From contig JAZDCY010000033.1 in NCBI GenBank assembly GCA_036679645.1, positions 13,700 through 77,699 on the forward strand: a stretch of 64,000 bases of DNA, in the 5' to 3' direction. This stretch comes from Gemmatimonadota bacterium (GTDB taxonomy: Bacteria; Gemmatimonadota; Gemmatimonadetes; Gemmatimonadales; GWC2-71-9). The position numbers and the translations under genes were made by a program. Positions 29,281-40,153 of the stretch are shown here, piece by piece (positions within the stretch are counted from its first letter, which is position 1; each line of letters opens with the position of its first letter). Below the pieces are notes generated by a model. The model saw only the letters and a list, made by a program, of their open reading frames with translations, did not search any database and was not told where the DNA came from.

Positions 29281-30072
29281 ATGAAGCGCTTTATGGTTGC
29301 AATGGTTTTCACCACGTTTGCGGCTGCCGCATGCGGCGACAGCACCGGTCTGGGAGCGGGGGAGCGCGCTGTTTCGCTGTCGTTCACGACAACGCAACCC
29401 GCGGGTGCGGCGTTCGCCGCCACCCGTCCGTTCTTTGGTGTGACCGGCGATACGGTGGTCTCGGGCACCGACATGATCATCATCGACCGCGTTCGCATGG
29501 TCCTGCGCGAGATAGAGCTCAAGCGGGTTGAAGATCAGTTCTGCGAAGACTCCTCTGGCGAGGGCGAAGACAACGACGACTGTGAAGAGTTCGAGATCGG
29601 GCCGTTGCTCCTCGACCTTCCGCTCAACGGAATGGTCGAGACCGAGGTCTCGGTGGTCGTGGACACCGGCACGTACGACGAGATCGAGTTCGACATCCAC
29701 AAACCCAGCGACGACTCTGCGGCTGATTCCGCCTTCCGGGCTGCCAATCCGCTATTCACCGAGACGAGTATCCGCGTCGAAGGTTCGTTCAACGGACAGC
29801 CGTTCGTATACGAGACGGACCTGAACGTCGATCAGGAAATCGAGTTGACCGATCCGTTGATCGTGACGGACCAAACAGCGGCGACGAACGTCACACTGAG
29901 CGTCGCTCTCGACGTCTGGTTCCGCGACGCGTCGGGTGCCTTGGTCGATCCCGAGACCGGGAACAAGGGCAGCGTCAACGAGAACCTCATCAAGGACAAC
30001 ATCAAGGACTCCTTTGAAGCATTCGAAGATGAGGATCGCGACGGCGACGACGACGACGGGGACGACTCGTAG
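29281..30072 (+). CDS. Acidic lipoprotein (DUF4382-like), paralog 1
   Basis: GAGGAGG RBS, AAAC lipobox, Cys pair, EIEFDIHKP. Confidence 0.8.
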   Translation: MKRFMVAMVFTTFAAAACGDSTGLGAGERAVSLSFTTTQPAGAAFAATRPFFGVTGDTVVSGTDMIIIDRVRMVLREIELKRVEDQFCEDSSGEGEDNDDCEEFEIGPLLLDLPLNGMVETEVSVVVDTGTYDEIEFDIHKPSDDSAADSAFRAANPLFTETSIRVEGSFNGQPFVYETDLNVDQEIELTDPLIVTDQTAATNVTLSVALDVWFRDASGALVDPETGNKGSVNENLIKDNIKDSFEAFEDEDRDGDDDDGDDS

Positions 30073-30144
30073 TCGCTAACTTTCAGCGCATTGGTGGGGG
30101 CGCGCTTCGAGCGTCCCCACATCGCTGACATAGGAGGATCAATC

Positions 30145-30900
30145 GTGAAACGCCTAATACTCGCTATGCTCGTCGCCATTGCGGCGGCATGTACGACGAC
30201 GAACGGGCCGGACAGCGAGTTTGCCAACGTCCAGGTGTCGTTCGCCACACAGCGACCGGCCGGACCTCTGGCGTCGGGCGCTTTCCTGAGCCGGGCCGCC
30301 GGAGACACCATCATCACCGGGACCGACACGCTCGTGATCGACCGCGTACAGGTGGTCTTGCGGGAAATCGAACTGAAGCGCGTGGCAACGACGGACTGCG
30401 ACAGCGCGGCCGATGAGGACGCGTGTGAGAGATTCGAAACGGGTCCGGTGCTCGTTGACCTGCCGCTCGGCAGCACGGTTCAGCAGAAGTTCGCGGTGAA
30501 CGTGCCCGTCGGCAGCTACAACGAAATCGAGTTCGACATCCACAAGCCCGACGATGACGATCCGAGCGACCAGGTATTCATCGCCAACAACCCGACGTTC
30601 GCCGCCATCAGCATACGCGTGACGGGAACGTTCAACGATACGGCATACGTGTACACGTCCGATCTCAATGTCCAGCAGGAGCTGGCTTTGGTACCCGCGC
30701 TCGAGATTACGGACATGACGGGTGCGACGAACCTCACCGTCCTGGTCGATATCGACTCGTGGTTCCGCAATGCGTCCGGTGCGGTGGTGGACCCCACCTC
30801 CGCCAACAAGGGCGGTCCCAACGAGAACCTCGTGAAGGAGAACATCAAGAACTCGGTCGAGGCGTTCGAAGATGACGATCGGGACGGCGCAGAGGACTAA
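30145..30900 (+). CDS. Acidic lipoprotein (DUF4382-like), paralog 2
   Basis: AGGAGG RBS with GTG start; clearly homologous to the previous gene. Confidence 0.8.
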   Translation: MKRLILAMLVAIAAACTTTNGPDSEFANVQVSFATQRPAGPLASGAFLSRAAGDTIITGTDTLVIDRVQVVLREIELKRVATTDCDSAADEDACERFETGPVLVDLPLGSTVQQKFAVNVPVGSYNEIEFDIHKPDDDDPSDQVFIANNPTFAAISIRVTGTFNDTAYVYTSDLNVQQELALVPALEITDMTGATNLTVLVDIDSWFRNASGAVVDPTSANKGGPNENLVKENIKNSVEAFEDDDRDGAED

Positions 30901-30909
30901 CGGGCCAGC

Positions 30910-32250
30910 GTGAGCGACAACCCCGTACTTGCGATCGTCATGATCTCCGATTCCTTCGAGTCGGCCTGGCCGGATCTCGCCGAGGAGGCGAAGGCTATGC
31001 TGGCCACCTTGGCCCCGGGCGACGAGGCGCCGTCAGGTGTATCGGCGGTCCTCGTTGCCGCGGGCGGGATGGAGGCAAAGGGGCTGGAGACCGTCCAGGA
31101 GGTCGCGGACCGCGCGGCGGGACCGGTCTACCTGGTCGGCTCAGAGCCATCGCATCGCTTCGGAGTCGAAGCCGTGCGGCACGGCGCGGCAGATTACTTC
31201 GCCCTGCCCCAGGACTACGACCTCCTGCGACGTACGGTGTTCTCGCGCATCGACGCATCGCGCGAGCGGCATCGGCGCTCGGGTGAGCGGAAGCTCGGCG
31301 ATCCCTTTGCCGAGTTGATCGGCGAGAGCCCTGCGCTCAAGGACACGCTCCACAAGGCGAGTCGGGTGCTGCGGCACCGGGACATCACGGTGCTGATCGG
31401 CGGGGAGACCGGTACCGGCAAGGAGCTACTTGCCCGGGCGCTGCACCGGGGCAGCCCGCGAGCCGATGGACCGTTCGTCGCTGTTAACTGTGCCGCCATC
31501 CCGGCGCAGCTGCTCGAGAGCGAGCTGTTCGGTCACGAGCGGGGCGCCTTCACCGACGCGCACCGCGCCAAGCCCGGCCTCTTCGAGGAAGCCGACAGCG
31601 GCACGCTCTTTCTGGATGAGATTGGGCACCTCCCGCTTCCGCTGCAGGGCAAGCTGCTGCGCGCGCTGGACGATCGGGAAATTCGCCGAGTTGGTGCAAC
31701 GCGCTCCAAGTCGGTCGACGTGCGTATCGTCTCCGCCACGAACGTGGACCTGCGTGATTCCGTGGCGCGCGGGGACTTTCGCGAAGACCTCTTCTATCGG
31801 CTGAACGTGGTACACCTCACGCTCCCTCCGCTGCGCGAGCGCGGTGACGACGTCATTCGTCTGGCCGAGAGATTTGCGGTCTCGCTGGCGCAGCGATACG
31901 GCCTGCAGGTGCCCCGCCTGAGCAGCCGCGTCCACGACACGCTGCGCGCGTATCCGTGGCCGGGCAACGTGCGCGAGCTGCGCCACGCAATCGAGCGCGC
32001 GCTCGTGCTCTCCGAGCCGGGCACCCTGGCCGTCGATGAGCTCACGCCGCCGGCGCCCGCGCCCGCAGGTGGCACGTCACCTCTGCCGTTCCCGGCGACG
32101 CTCGACGCGATCGAGGCGGCCGCGGCACAGGCCGCGGTCGAGCTCCACAAAGGAAACAAGAGCGCCGCGGCACGCGGGCTGGGCATCTCGCGATCCCGTC
32201 TGCAACGGCTGCTCGACCTGGCGGAGGTCTCCGATGCCGGCGCTGAATGA
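30910..32250 (+). CDS. Sigma54-dependent transcriptional activator
   Basis: [33 protein letters not shown], Fis-type HTH. Confidence 0.95.
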   Translation: MSDNPVLAIVMISDSFESAWPDLAEEAKAMLATLAPGDEAPSGVSAVLVAAGGMEAKGLETVQEVADRAAGPVYLVGSEPSHRFGVEAVRHGAADYFALPQDYDLLRRTVFSRIDASRERHRRSGERKLGDPFAELIGESPALKDTLHKASRVLRHRDITVLIGGETGTGKELLARALHRGSPRADGPFVAVNCAAIPAQLLESELFGHERGAFTDAHRAKPGLFEEADSGTLFLDEIGHLPLPLQGKLLRALDDREIRRVGATRSKSVDVRIVSATNVDLRDSVARGDFREDLFYRLNVVHLTLPPLRERGDDVIRLAERFAVSLAQRYGLQVPRLSSRVHDTLRAYPWPGNVRELRHAIERALVLSEPGTLAVDELTPPAPAPAGGTSPLPFPATLDAIEAAAAQAAVELHKGNKSAAARGLGISRSRLQRLLDLAEVSDAGAE

Positions 32251-33238
32251 TCCGCTGCGCCGCGCGCGCCGGTCTGTGCAAGAGCGACGGTTCCAGGAAG
32301 CGTCCGACGAGCTGCGACGTTCGGGACGCGAGGAGCGCGAAGCGCCAGAGTGGCGGTTGCTCTTTGCGATCGTGGCGTGGCGTCTGGGAGACTTCACCGC
32401 AAGCCGCGCGGAAGCCAAGCAGGCGTGCCTAGCGTTCAGCAGTCGCGGGGACGCAGACGGCGAAATGCGCGCCGCCAATGTCGCCGCGGCCGGCGCCTTT
32501 GCACTCGGCGATCTGGAAGAAGCCGAGATGGGGTTCGAGCAGGCACTGGCGATCGCGAAGCGGTTGTCCGATGAGGTGATGATCGCGCGATGCTCGAACA
32601 ATCTCGGCAATGTCTGGTTCTACCTGGGTCGGCACGAGCGCGCACAGGCCTACTACCGGTTGGCCCGCGCCGGGTTCGAGCGGGTGGGGTTCGACCACGG
32701 TATTGCCGAGACGTGGCTGAACTCGGGCTTCGTGCTGCGTGACCTCGGCAAGATGGAGGAGGCTTACACGGCGGCGGATACCGCGCTCGACATCGCCGAG
32801 CGCGCGGGCTCGACGCGAGTTATCGCGCAGGTGTTCTCGAGCCGCGGCGAAGCGACCGCCGCACTTGGCGACGTGGCGCTTGGCGAGAGCCAGGTGCAGC
32901 GGGGCTTGGCGCTCGCGCAGCAGGAAGAGGACCGGCTCGCTGAGGCCGAAGCGCTGCGGGTCTTGGGAAACATCGCGCGCGCGCGCGAGCAACTGGACGA
33001 CGCGGAGCGTCTCGGGCGGCAGGCGCTCGAGATCGTGAGCGATGCACACCACCCGTGGGCGGCGGCGGAGGTGCAGCGCGATCTCGCGGCGACCTATCTT
33101 GCCCAGCACCGTCCGGCCGAAGCGGCGGCGGCGTACCGGGCGGCGGAGGGAGCGTTCCTCCGGCTCGGATCGATGGTACGCGCCCACAAGATGGCTCAGT
33201 TGGCCAACGACGTCCCGTCATCCAACCCAACCAACTAG
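32234..33238 (+). CDS. TPR protein
   Basis: Repeated NNLGN / L..LG...A helical motifs. Confidence 0.8.
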   Translation: MPALNDPLRRARRSVQERRFQEASDELRRSGREEREAPEWRLLFAIVAWRLGDFTASRAEAKQACLAFSSRGDADGEMRAANVAAAGAFALGDLEEAEMGFEQALAIAKRLSDEVMIARCSNNLGNVWFYLGRHERAQAYYRLARAGFERVGFDHGIAETWLNSGFVLRDLGKMEEAYTAADTALDIAERAGSTRVIAQVFSSRGEATAALGDVALGESQVQRGLALAQQEEDRLAEAEALRVLGNIARAREQLDDAERLGRQALEIVSDAHHPWAAAEVQRDLAATYLAQHRPAEAAAAYRAAEGAFLRLGSMVRAHKMAQLANDVPSSNPTN

Positions 33239-34068
33239 TCGCGCGCAGGCTCGAAGAGGGCGCGTCCGTACCGCGCAACCCCGTACTCCCCAATTGCGCG
33301 AAGCGTCTCCGGAGAGAGCAGATACTCGGCGAGCAGCCGCGCGCCTTCCGCATTGACGTGCGGGAACCGCTCTGGGTTGACGCGTATCACGTGATAGGAG
33401 TTCACGAGCGCGCTGTCGTGTTCTACGAAAACCTCGAGACGTAGCGGCGCCTTGTGGGCGAGAAAAGTGCCGATGTCGGACAACGTGTAAGCACCGAACT
33501 GGTCGGCGATCACGAGCGACGCACCCATCCCCTGCCCAGTCTCACGGAGCATGTCCTCTGCGGGTTCGACGCCGCTCAACCCCCACAAGAGCCTTTCGCG
33601 CGTATGGGTCCCCGATCGATCGCCGCGAGACACGAACAAAGCCCCGTACGCGACGATGGCGCGAAACGCATCGACCGCCGAACGACCACGAATGGCGGCA
33701 GGATCCTCCGGAGGTCCGACGATCACGAAGGTATTGTGCATGAGCGGACGCCGGTCGATCCCGAAACCCTCATCCACGAACCGGCGCTCCCCGTCGGGTT
33801 CGTGCAGGATGAGGATGTCGGCAACGCCACGGCGACCCAATTCCATGGCTTGTCCACTGCCCACGGCCAAGACCCGGACACTGACGCCGCTTGCCAGCTC
33901 GAAGGGAGGCAGCAGGACGTCCAGCAGACCCGCATCTCGCACGGACGTCGTGGTCGCAAGAACGACGTCCCTGGTCTGGGCTGCTGCAGCGGGCACGACG
34001 AAGGGCGGCGTGAACGCCGCCATAATGGCGCAGAGGAGGGCGCGGACGGAAAGGCCGTGACGAGACAT
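33235..34068 (-). CDS. tupA: Tungstate ABC transporter substrate-binding protein
   Basis: ATTTS..D.GLL, VGSGQA, FVSRGDRSGTH..E, GQGMG. Confidence 0.88.
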   Translation of the reverse strand: MSRHGLSVRALLCAIMAAFTPPFVVPAAAAQTRDVVLATTTSVRDAGLLDVLLPPFELASGVSVRVLAVGSGQAMELGRRGVADILILHEPDGERRFVDEGFGIDRRPLMHNTFVIVGPPEDPAAIRGRSAVDAFRAIVAYGALFVSRGDRSGTHTRERLLWGLSGVEPAEDMLRETGQGMGASLVIADQFGAYTLSDIGTFLAHKAPLRLEVFVEHDSALVNSYHVIRVNPERFPHVNAEGARLLAEYLLSPETLRAIGEYGVARYGRALFEPARD

Positions 34069-34103
34069 AGCTCCAATCTCGCCCCGGTACCTCCGCGGCG
34101 GCA

Positions 34104-34703
34104 CTAGGAGGAGGAGTCGGCTCCCTGGGATAGCGGTTCAACCGAGGGTTGAATCACCGTGTCCTGCGGCTCGAAGGGCACCGGAATGGGCCGGGACGGC
34201 CGGATCTCGTGCTCACCTCCGATCACTGTACCCACACCCACCGCGCCGCCCACCAGGGCCACCACCAGCGCGACGCGCGCCACGAACCGCTTGGCACTCG
34301 GCGCCAGCCGATCGCGGAGTTGGCGGTTCTCACTCCTGAGTATGGCCTTCTCGGCGGCCTTTTCGACCGCGGCGGCCAGATGGCCCATGTCCACCGGCTT
34401 CTCGAGAAAGTTCTCCGCCCCTAACTGCATTGCCTTCACCGCCGTCTCGATCTCTCCATGCCCGGTCAGCATGATGACCATGGCGTGCTGGCGGCGTAGG
34501 TATTCCAACACCTCTATCCCGGACATCTCCGGCATCTGGAGATCGACGACGGTGACGTGCGGCGAGACCTGCTCGAACAGGCCCACACCCTCCTTGCCGT
34601 TGGACGCCGTGAAGACCTCGTACCCCAACTTCTGGAAATAGCGGCCCAGCGCACTCCGGACCGCTTCTTCGTCATCGATCAGCAGTACGCGATATTCGCT
34701 CAC
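34104..34703 (-). CDS. Receiver-domain protein with a C-terminal TM helix
   Basis: LLIDDE, DLQMP, LTGHG, KP; hydrophobic stretch after the linker. Confidence 0.85.
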   Translation of the reverse strand: MSEYRVLLIDDEEAVRSALGRYFQKLGYEVFTASNGKEGVGLFEQVSPHVTVVDLQMPEMSGIEVLEYLRRQHAMVIMLTGHGEIETAVKAMQLGAENFLEKPVDMGHLAAAVEKAAEKAILRSENRQLRDRLAPSAKRFVARVALVVALVGGAVGVGTVIGGEHEIRPSRPIPVPFEPQDTVIQPSVEPLSQGADSSS

Positions 34704-34786
34704 AAATCGCTCCCATCAGGTAGTAGACCCCACAGGTGGGGAACCTTGAGAGAGTTATCGGTAAGTCGCAGCCGTTTCCAAAGACG

Positions 34787-35611
34787 TCAGCCCGTCTCGA
34801 AGAGTTCGGCTTGGGTGCGGAGTGAGGCCGGGTCCACCGGCTGCTGGCCGACCCGCCTTTGGATCTCCCGGGCGGTCTCGGGGCTATGGCCCTGATAGTG
34901 GTTGTTGACATACCCAAAAACCGTGCGAACCCGCCGCGCCAGCGCCGTCAAGATCTCTCCCCACGCGCTCAGATCCGCGCCCCGATCGAGCTGGACCCTG
35001 GAATAATCGGTGATGGCCCGGTTGGCACCCATCCACCGCACGTACGCGAAGTCCGCCGTAGGTTGGCGCGCGCACTCGAACACCCGTGTACGCCGGAGCC
35101 AGCGACCATCGGACAGGGTGAGCGCAACACGTCGCTCGGTCAGAAGATCCATTGTCTCCGTGGTGAGCCACCTGGGATCGCGGAACTCGATGGCCCAGCG
35201 GAATTCGCCGCTCAATCCGGCAAGAAACTCCGCCAGCACATCGCGGGTCGCAGGTGTCGGTCGCCAATCGGGCGCCATCTGGAGCAGAAGAACGCCCAAC
35301 CGGGCGCCCAACGGTCGAACTCGCTCCAGAAACCGCTCGAGTTCTCCATCTACATCCACCAGCCGGCGCTCGTGGGTGACCTGCTGCGGCACCTTGAGGG
35401 AGAAGCGGAAATCGTCCGGCACCCGCTCGATCCACCCCCGCACTACCGGTTCAGGTGGAATCGCGTAGAACGTCGAGTCCACTTCGACGGTGCGAAACGC
35501 CAGTGCGTAGGTACCGAGCATGTCGCGCGGGCGCGTGCCAACGGGATAAAACGGCCCGACCCACGCCGGATAGTTCCACCCCTGCGTTCCGAGGCGTATC
35601 TCCGCACTCAC
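34787..35611 (-). CDS. DUF72 family protein
   Basis: GTQGWNY..W.G.FYP, VEVDSTFY, YVNNHY.G. Confidence 0.92.
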   Translation of the reverse strand: MSAEIRLGTQGWNYPAWVGPFYPVGTRPRDMLGTYALAFRTVEVDSTFYAIPPEPVVRGWIERVPDDFRFSLKVPQQVTHERRLVDVDGELERFLERVRPLGARLGVLLLQMAPDWRPTPATRDVLAEFLAGLSGEFRWAIEFRDPRWLTTETMDLLTERRVALTLSDGRWLRRTRVFECARQPTADFAYVRWMGANRAITDYSRVQLDRGADLSAWGEILTALARRVRTVFGYVNNHYQGHSPETAREIQRRVGQQPVDPASLRTQAELFETG

Positions 35612-35991
35612 GGCGTGGTGACGACTCGGTGCCAGTACATGCGCACCTCCGACAGAAGATCGTTCTCCGTCTCGCAGAAGAGCGAGCCCCGCAGATCGAC
35701 CGGCTCGCCAGTGCGACGCCGGCGGAATGTGCACCTGAATTCAGTGGCGAACCACGGGCCCGCAACGAAGATCTCGCCGAACCGGAACGAGATTTCCGCC
35801 TGCTCCTTGGGGAGATCCTGCCAGTAGGCGCGAATCGCATCGTGGCCGCTCAAGGGTGGGTCGAACGGGGACGGGGCAAAGACCCCGTCTGGGGTGAAGA
35901 CGCTCAGGATCTGCTCGGCGTCCTCCTTTTCCCACCCCTTCCCGAAGCGCGCGATGAGCGCCGAATACCGGTCCCTCGTATCATCTGTCAT
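35608..35991 (-). CDS. SnoaL-like (NTF2) protein
   Basis: F..DGVF...PF....GHDAIRAYW. Confidence 0.85.
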   Translation of the reverse strand: MTDDTRDRYSALIARFGKGWEKEDAEQILSVFTPDGVFAPSPFDPPLSGHDAIRAYWQDLPKEQAEISFRFGEIFVAGPWFATEFRCTFRRRRTGEPVDLRGSLFCETENDLLSEVRMYWHRVVTTP

Positions 35992-36003
35992 GGCGGGAAG
36001 CTT

Positions 36004-36978
36004 ATGAATGTACCAAACGGTCCGCCAGGTTCGGGCGAGAGGGTCGTGATCGACACCGACCCCGGGATCGATGATGTGGTGACCCTCGTCCTGGCCGCCC
36101 GGTCTCCCGAGATCGACGTCGCGGCCGTCACCACCACATACGGCAACGCCCCGCTCGCCCTAACGACGCGGAACGCTCGTCACGTACTTGGCCTCTGCGG
36201 GCGACCGGACGTTCCGGTACACCCGGGATCCGATCGTCCCCTCGAGCGGGCACTGGTGACGGCACCCGAGACGCACGGCGAAACCGGCGTAGGTTATGCG
36301 CCGGTCCCTGACCCGCCCGCGGGCGAAACCACCCCCTTGATGCCAAACCCGACCGCCTTGCTCGACGTGCTTCGGGCGCAACCCGAGCCCGTAACGCTCG
36401 TTACCCTGGGACCGCTCACGAATCTCGCACACGCGCTGAGAACCGATCGATCCACGGTTCACGCGTCCGTGCGACGACACATCGGGATGTTCGGCAACCT
36501 GCATGAGCGTGGCAACACCAACCGATGGGCGGACTTCAATGCCTGGTGTGACCCCGAAGCCGTTGTCGAGGTATTCCGCAACGGCCCTCGGTGCGAGATG
36601 GTGGGCCTGGACGTCACGAGACGGATGATCGTGACCCGCGGGGAGGTGGAACGCCTCGCCTCGTCACCCGATCCAGTAGTGCGCTGGCTCACCGATGCCT
36701 TGCGTTTTTATGTCGACTTTCACAGCGGTGAAGAGCGGCTGGACGGGTGCGTGGTCAACGATGTGCTCACGGTCGGCGAGCTGCTTCATCCCGGCCTGCT
36801 GGATTTCCAGACGTACGGGCTGAAGATTGTGACCCGCGATGATGAAGAGCGCGGCCGCACCGTCGAGTCCGCCGACGGCGATCACGTACGTGCGGCGCTG
36901 GACATAGACGCTCCCGCCATGCACAGGTTACTGGACCGAGTATTCGGGAGAGACTGGGACCGCGAGGGAGGTACTTGA
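36004..36978 (+). CDS. Nucleoside hydrolase (IU-NH family)
   Basis: DTDPGIDD, HGETG, LGPLTNLA, DFN...DPEA. Confidence 0.92.
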   Translation: MNVPNGPPGSGERVVIDTDPGIDDVVTLVLAARSPEIDVAAVTTTYGNAPLALTTRNARHVLGLCGRPDVPVHPGSDRPLERALVTAPETHGETGVGYAPVPDPPAGETTPLMPNPTALLDVLRAQPEPVTLVTLGPLTNLAHALRTDRSTVHASVRRHIGMFGNLHERGNTNRWADFNAWCDPEAVVEVFRNGPRCEMVGLDVTRRMIVTRGEVERLASSPDPVVRWLTDALRFYVDFHSGEERLDGCVVNDVLTVGELLHPGLLDFQTYGLKIVTRDDEERGRTVESADGDHVRAALDIDAPAMHRLLDRVFGRDWDREGGT

Positions 36979-37925
36979 TGGCCGGTAAGGTACGTGTTGC
37001 CATTGTCGGGGCAGGGGAGATCGGTCGCGGCTGGGGCGCCCTGTGTGTGTCGGCGGGCTGGCCGGTGTCGATCTACGATCAAGATGCGCGCGCGCAGAGC
37101 GATGCGCTGGAAGAGATCGTCGAGCGCGCCCGCGCTCTGCTGAGCCTCGCGAACGCCGACGCCGCCCTGGTGGAGCAGGGGGTGGAGAGCCTGACCGCCG
37201 GACGGAGCCTGCTGCAGGCATGCGGTGAGGCGGAGTGGGTCATCGAGGCCATTCACGAGGACCTTCTCCAGAAGCAGAAGCTGCTGCGCGGACTCGAGAG
37301 TGCTACCCCGAAGGGCCGCATCGTCACAAGCTCGTCGAGCACGTTCTCGCCCACAGACATCGCGGCGCAGTGCGTCCGGCAGGATCGCTGTCTCGTTGCA
37401 CACCCGCTCAATCCACCCGAGCTGATCCCGCTCGTGGAGCTGCTGCCGTCACCCCAGACAGATCGCGCCCTCGTCGAGTTGCTCAAAGGATGGCTGCGGG
37501 CTCTGGGACGGATTCCTGTCACGCTGAAGAAGCAAGTTCGCGGGCACGTGGCGAACCGCATTGCCGCGGCGGTCTGGCGCGAGGCAATCGAGCTGGTTCT
37601 CTCCGGGGCGATCGACGTAGACGACCTCGACCGAGCTGTCTCGCTCGGTCCCGGGCTCGGATGGGCGGCGGCCGGGCCGCACCTGACCTACCATCTCGCA
37701 GCGGGAACCCGGGGCGTCTCGGGGTTCCTGCAGCAACTCCTCCAGAGCTTCGAGGGACTCTGGGGCGACCTCGCTACGTGGGACCATCTGGATCACGACC
37801 GGGAACAGCGGCTGGTACACGCCATTGAACGCGCTTACGAGGGACAGATCGACCAGATCAGGCGTGCGCGCGACCGGCGCCTCGCGGCAATCCTGCAGGC
37901 CTTGGAGATGTCGAAAAGAGGTTGA
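36978..37925 (+). CDS. 3-hydroxyacyl-CoA dehydrogenase family protein
   Basis: GAGEIG, EAI.E, SSSS, HPLNPP.LIPLVE. Confidence 0.9.
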   Translation: MAGKVRVAIVGAGEIGRGWGALCVSAGWPVSIYDQDARAQSDALEEIVERARALLSLANADAALVEQGVESLTAGRSLLQACGEAEWVIEAIHEDLLQKQKLLRGLESATPKGRIVTSSSSTFSPTDIAAQCVRQDRCLVAHPLNPPELIPLVELLPSPQTDRALVELLKGWLRALGRIPVTLKKQVRGHVANRIAAAVWREAIELVLSGAIDVDDLDRAVSLGPGLGWAAAGPHLTYHLAAGTRGVSGFLQQLLQSFEGLWGDLATWDHLDHDREQRLVHAIERAYEGQIDQIRRARDRRLAAILQALEMSKRG

Positions 37926-37958
37926 TACAAGGCAAGTGGTGGAGGGGAGGGAGCCGGG

Positions 37959-39122
37959 TTAGGCCACTAACAACCCCGTTCCATACATCACGACCAGGCC
38001 TGCCAGCAGCCCGCCGGCGTTGAGCGGCGTCCACAGGGGTACGTCAGAGGCGGTCTCCCGCGCCACGACCTTGTAGAGCGCGATCACGACCTGCGCCATG
38101 GCACCAGCGCCGACGCTCAAGAACAACGTGGCAAGCAACGGCGAATACGCCGCACCGCCAATCCACGCTCCGATAACCGTGGGTCCGCCGGCCAGTAGCC
38201 CCATGCCAGCGAGGGTACGCAGCTTCGGCCGGTCGCCGGCAAGCGGTGCGACGATCCCCAGCCCTTCGGTGGAATTGTGCAGCATGAATCCCACGATGAG
38301 AAACGCGCCGAGCGCGGCTTCGCCAAGGGCGTACGCGGCTCCGATGGCCAGGCCTTCGCCGAGATTGTGCAACCCTATCCCGAGAGCGATGAGCCAGGCA
38401 ACCGTGAGGCGCCCCTCGGCTCCCTCGCGCGCGAGGCGCGTTCCGGCGACCGCCTGCAATATGAGCAGCGCGCCCAAGGCACCGATCACGACCACGGCGG
38501 TGCCCTGGTACGCGCCCGCGACCTGCGCACCGGTCTCGAGTGCCTCTTGGATCGCGTCGGCACCGAGGAAGATCAGGAGACCCGCCGTGAGCGCCAGCGC
38601 GAAGTGTATCCAACGACGCTTCAATCGCCGCAGAAAGGGAAACCACAACAGGCCGATCGCGACCGGGATCACGCCAACGTAGATCCCAATCATCGCGAAG
38701 ACCCCGAAGAAACGGGCGTTCACCGTTGGCGTCTCGCGCGCCACCTCAATCTCGTGCGCGAACGTCACACCGGTAGACGTGAGCAACACGATCTCGTGCG
38801 CCTCGTCTTCCACCCACGGATATGGAATGTCGATCGTCATACGGCCCAGCCGACCGACGGTTGCGCTTGGCGAGATCTCGAACGTCCAGAACGCCTCGTC
38901 GATCATGACCTGAGCGACGGTCACCGGATCGGGACCCCCGTTGACGACCTCCACTTTGATGTGGCCGGGTGTGAGGGTCACACGATCAAAGCTGAGTTCT
39001 TCAACGGGCGGTGCGCCGTCCTTTAGGAAGTCGAGTACGCCGGTGCCCGTGACCACCGCCGCGAGCGCGGCGAGAAGCACAAGCGGCAGCGCGCCCAGTA
39101 CCCACGATCGGGACGAGATCAC
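37959..39122 (-). CDS. ZIP family metal transporter with an extracellular domain
   Basis: GLHNLGEG and LHNSTEG motifs. Confidence 0.9.
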   Translation of the reverse strand: MISSRSWVLGALPLVLLAALAAVVTGTGVLDFLKDGAPPVEELSFDRVTLTPGHIKVEVVNGGPDPVTVAQVMIDEAFWTFEISPSATVGRLGRMTIDIPYPWVEDEAHEIVLLTSTGVTFAHEIEVARETPTVNARFFGVFAMIGIYVGVIPVAIGLLWFPFLRRLKRRWIHFALALTAGLLIFLGADAIQEALETGAQVAGAYQGTAVVVIGALGALLILQAVAGTRLAREGAEGRLTVAWLIALGIGLHNLGEGLAIGAAYALGEAALGAFLIVGFMLHNSTEGLGIVAPLAGDRPKLRTLAGMGLLAGGPTVIGAWIGGAAYSPLLATLFLSVGAGAMAQVVIALYKVVARETASDVPLWTPLNAGGLLAGLVVMYGTGLLVA

Positions 39123-40153
39123 GCAACCACTCCGCCGTCCACCACATTGAACAGACCCATCCAGCCAAGCTCGGCGAATTCCGCCTGGTGCGCATGAAAC
39201 ATGAACCGGCCGGTATCGTCGTACGTGAACTCGAGAATGTGTCGCTCACCCTGACACATCATCAACGTGTCGGTGAACTCGTGCGGCGTGAGCGATGTCC
39301 CTGTGCGGTACACGTGGAACAAATTTCCGTGGAGATGCATGGAGTTCACGGGATCGAATTCGAGGGCGTTCACGATGTAGATCCGCTGGAGTTGTCCCTT
39401 CTGGACGATTATGGGATCCTGTTGATATGCGAACGGGACGGTGTTGACGGCGTACACTTCGTTCGAGCCGTCGAAGTTCGTATCGAAGCCGTTCAGGACC
39501 ATGACCATCTCGCGCGCGGGGGGACGCGGCGTTTTCGGATCGACGATGAACGTGCCGTAGAGCCCCTTGGCGATGTGCTTCTTGAGTGGGAGCGTGTGGC
39601 AGTGATAGAGGTGCAGCCCCCACGGCTTCGCCTCGAATTCGTACTCGAACGCTTCGCCCGGCTGGACGATCTCGAAAACCCCATCCATCCGCGCTACGTG
39701 GCTGCCGTGGAAGTGAATCGTATGCGCGTGAGATCCGGCATTCCGAAAATGCACCCGCACCACGTCGCCCTCGGTGGCACGCAAGGTGGGTCCGGGAACC
39801 TGGCCATTATAGGTCCAGGCCGGGTAGAAAACGTTGGGCGCGACTTCGATCTCGCGATCGACCGCCGTGATCTCGTACTCGCGCACCGTGCGGCCGTCGG
39901 CCAGCCGCGAGACCTGCCCGTAATCGAAGTGTTCCAGGAATGTGGCCGGATCGATCGATCCGTCCGTCACGCGTCCCGTCACGGCACCGTTTGCCGGGTC
40001 GTGTGCGCTGGCCCCGGCGAGGCGCAGCGCCCGCTCGGGCGCCAAGCGGCGTTCGGCAGCGCGCAGCGTTTGGGTCGCGGCCGCGACGCCAGCCACACCG
40101 AGTGCGCCGCGTCGCAACAGGTCCCGCCGGCTCAGCTTGTCCCGATCGCTCAT
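39119..40153 (-). CDS. Tat-exported two-domain multicopper oxidase
   Basis: SRRDLL signal; HTIHFH, YHCH, MHLH, FHAH. Confidence 0.92.
   Translation of the reverse strand: MSDRDKLSRRDLLRRGALGVAGVAAATQTLRAAERRLAPERALRLAGASAHDPANGAVTGRVTDGSIDPATFLEHFDYGQVSRLADGRTVREYEITAVDREIEVAPNVFYPAWTYNGQVPGPTLRATEGDVVRVHFRNAGSHAHTIHFHGSHVARMDGVFEIVQPGEAFEYEFEAKPWGLHLYHCHTLPLKKHIAKGLYGTFIVDPKTPRPPAREMVMVLNGFDTNFDGSNEVYAVNTVPFAYQQDPIIVQKGQLQRIYIVNALEFDPVNSMHLHGNLFHVYRTGTSLTPHEFTDTLMMCQGERHILEFTYDDTGRFMFHAHQAEFAELGWMGLFNVVDGGVVA

Noticed and set aside
33235..34068. Orphan tupA as a novel system
   Set aside because: Permease and ATPase genes may lie elsewhere in the genome; nothing else unusual is visible.
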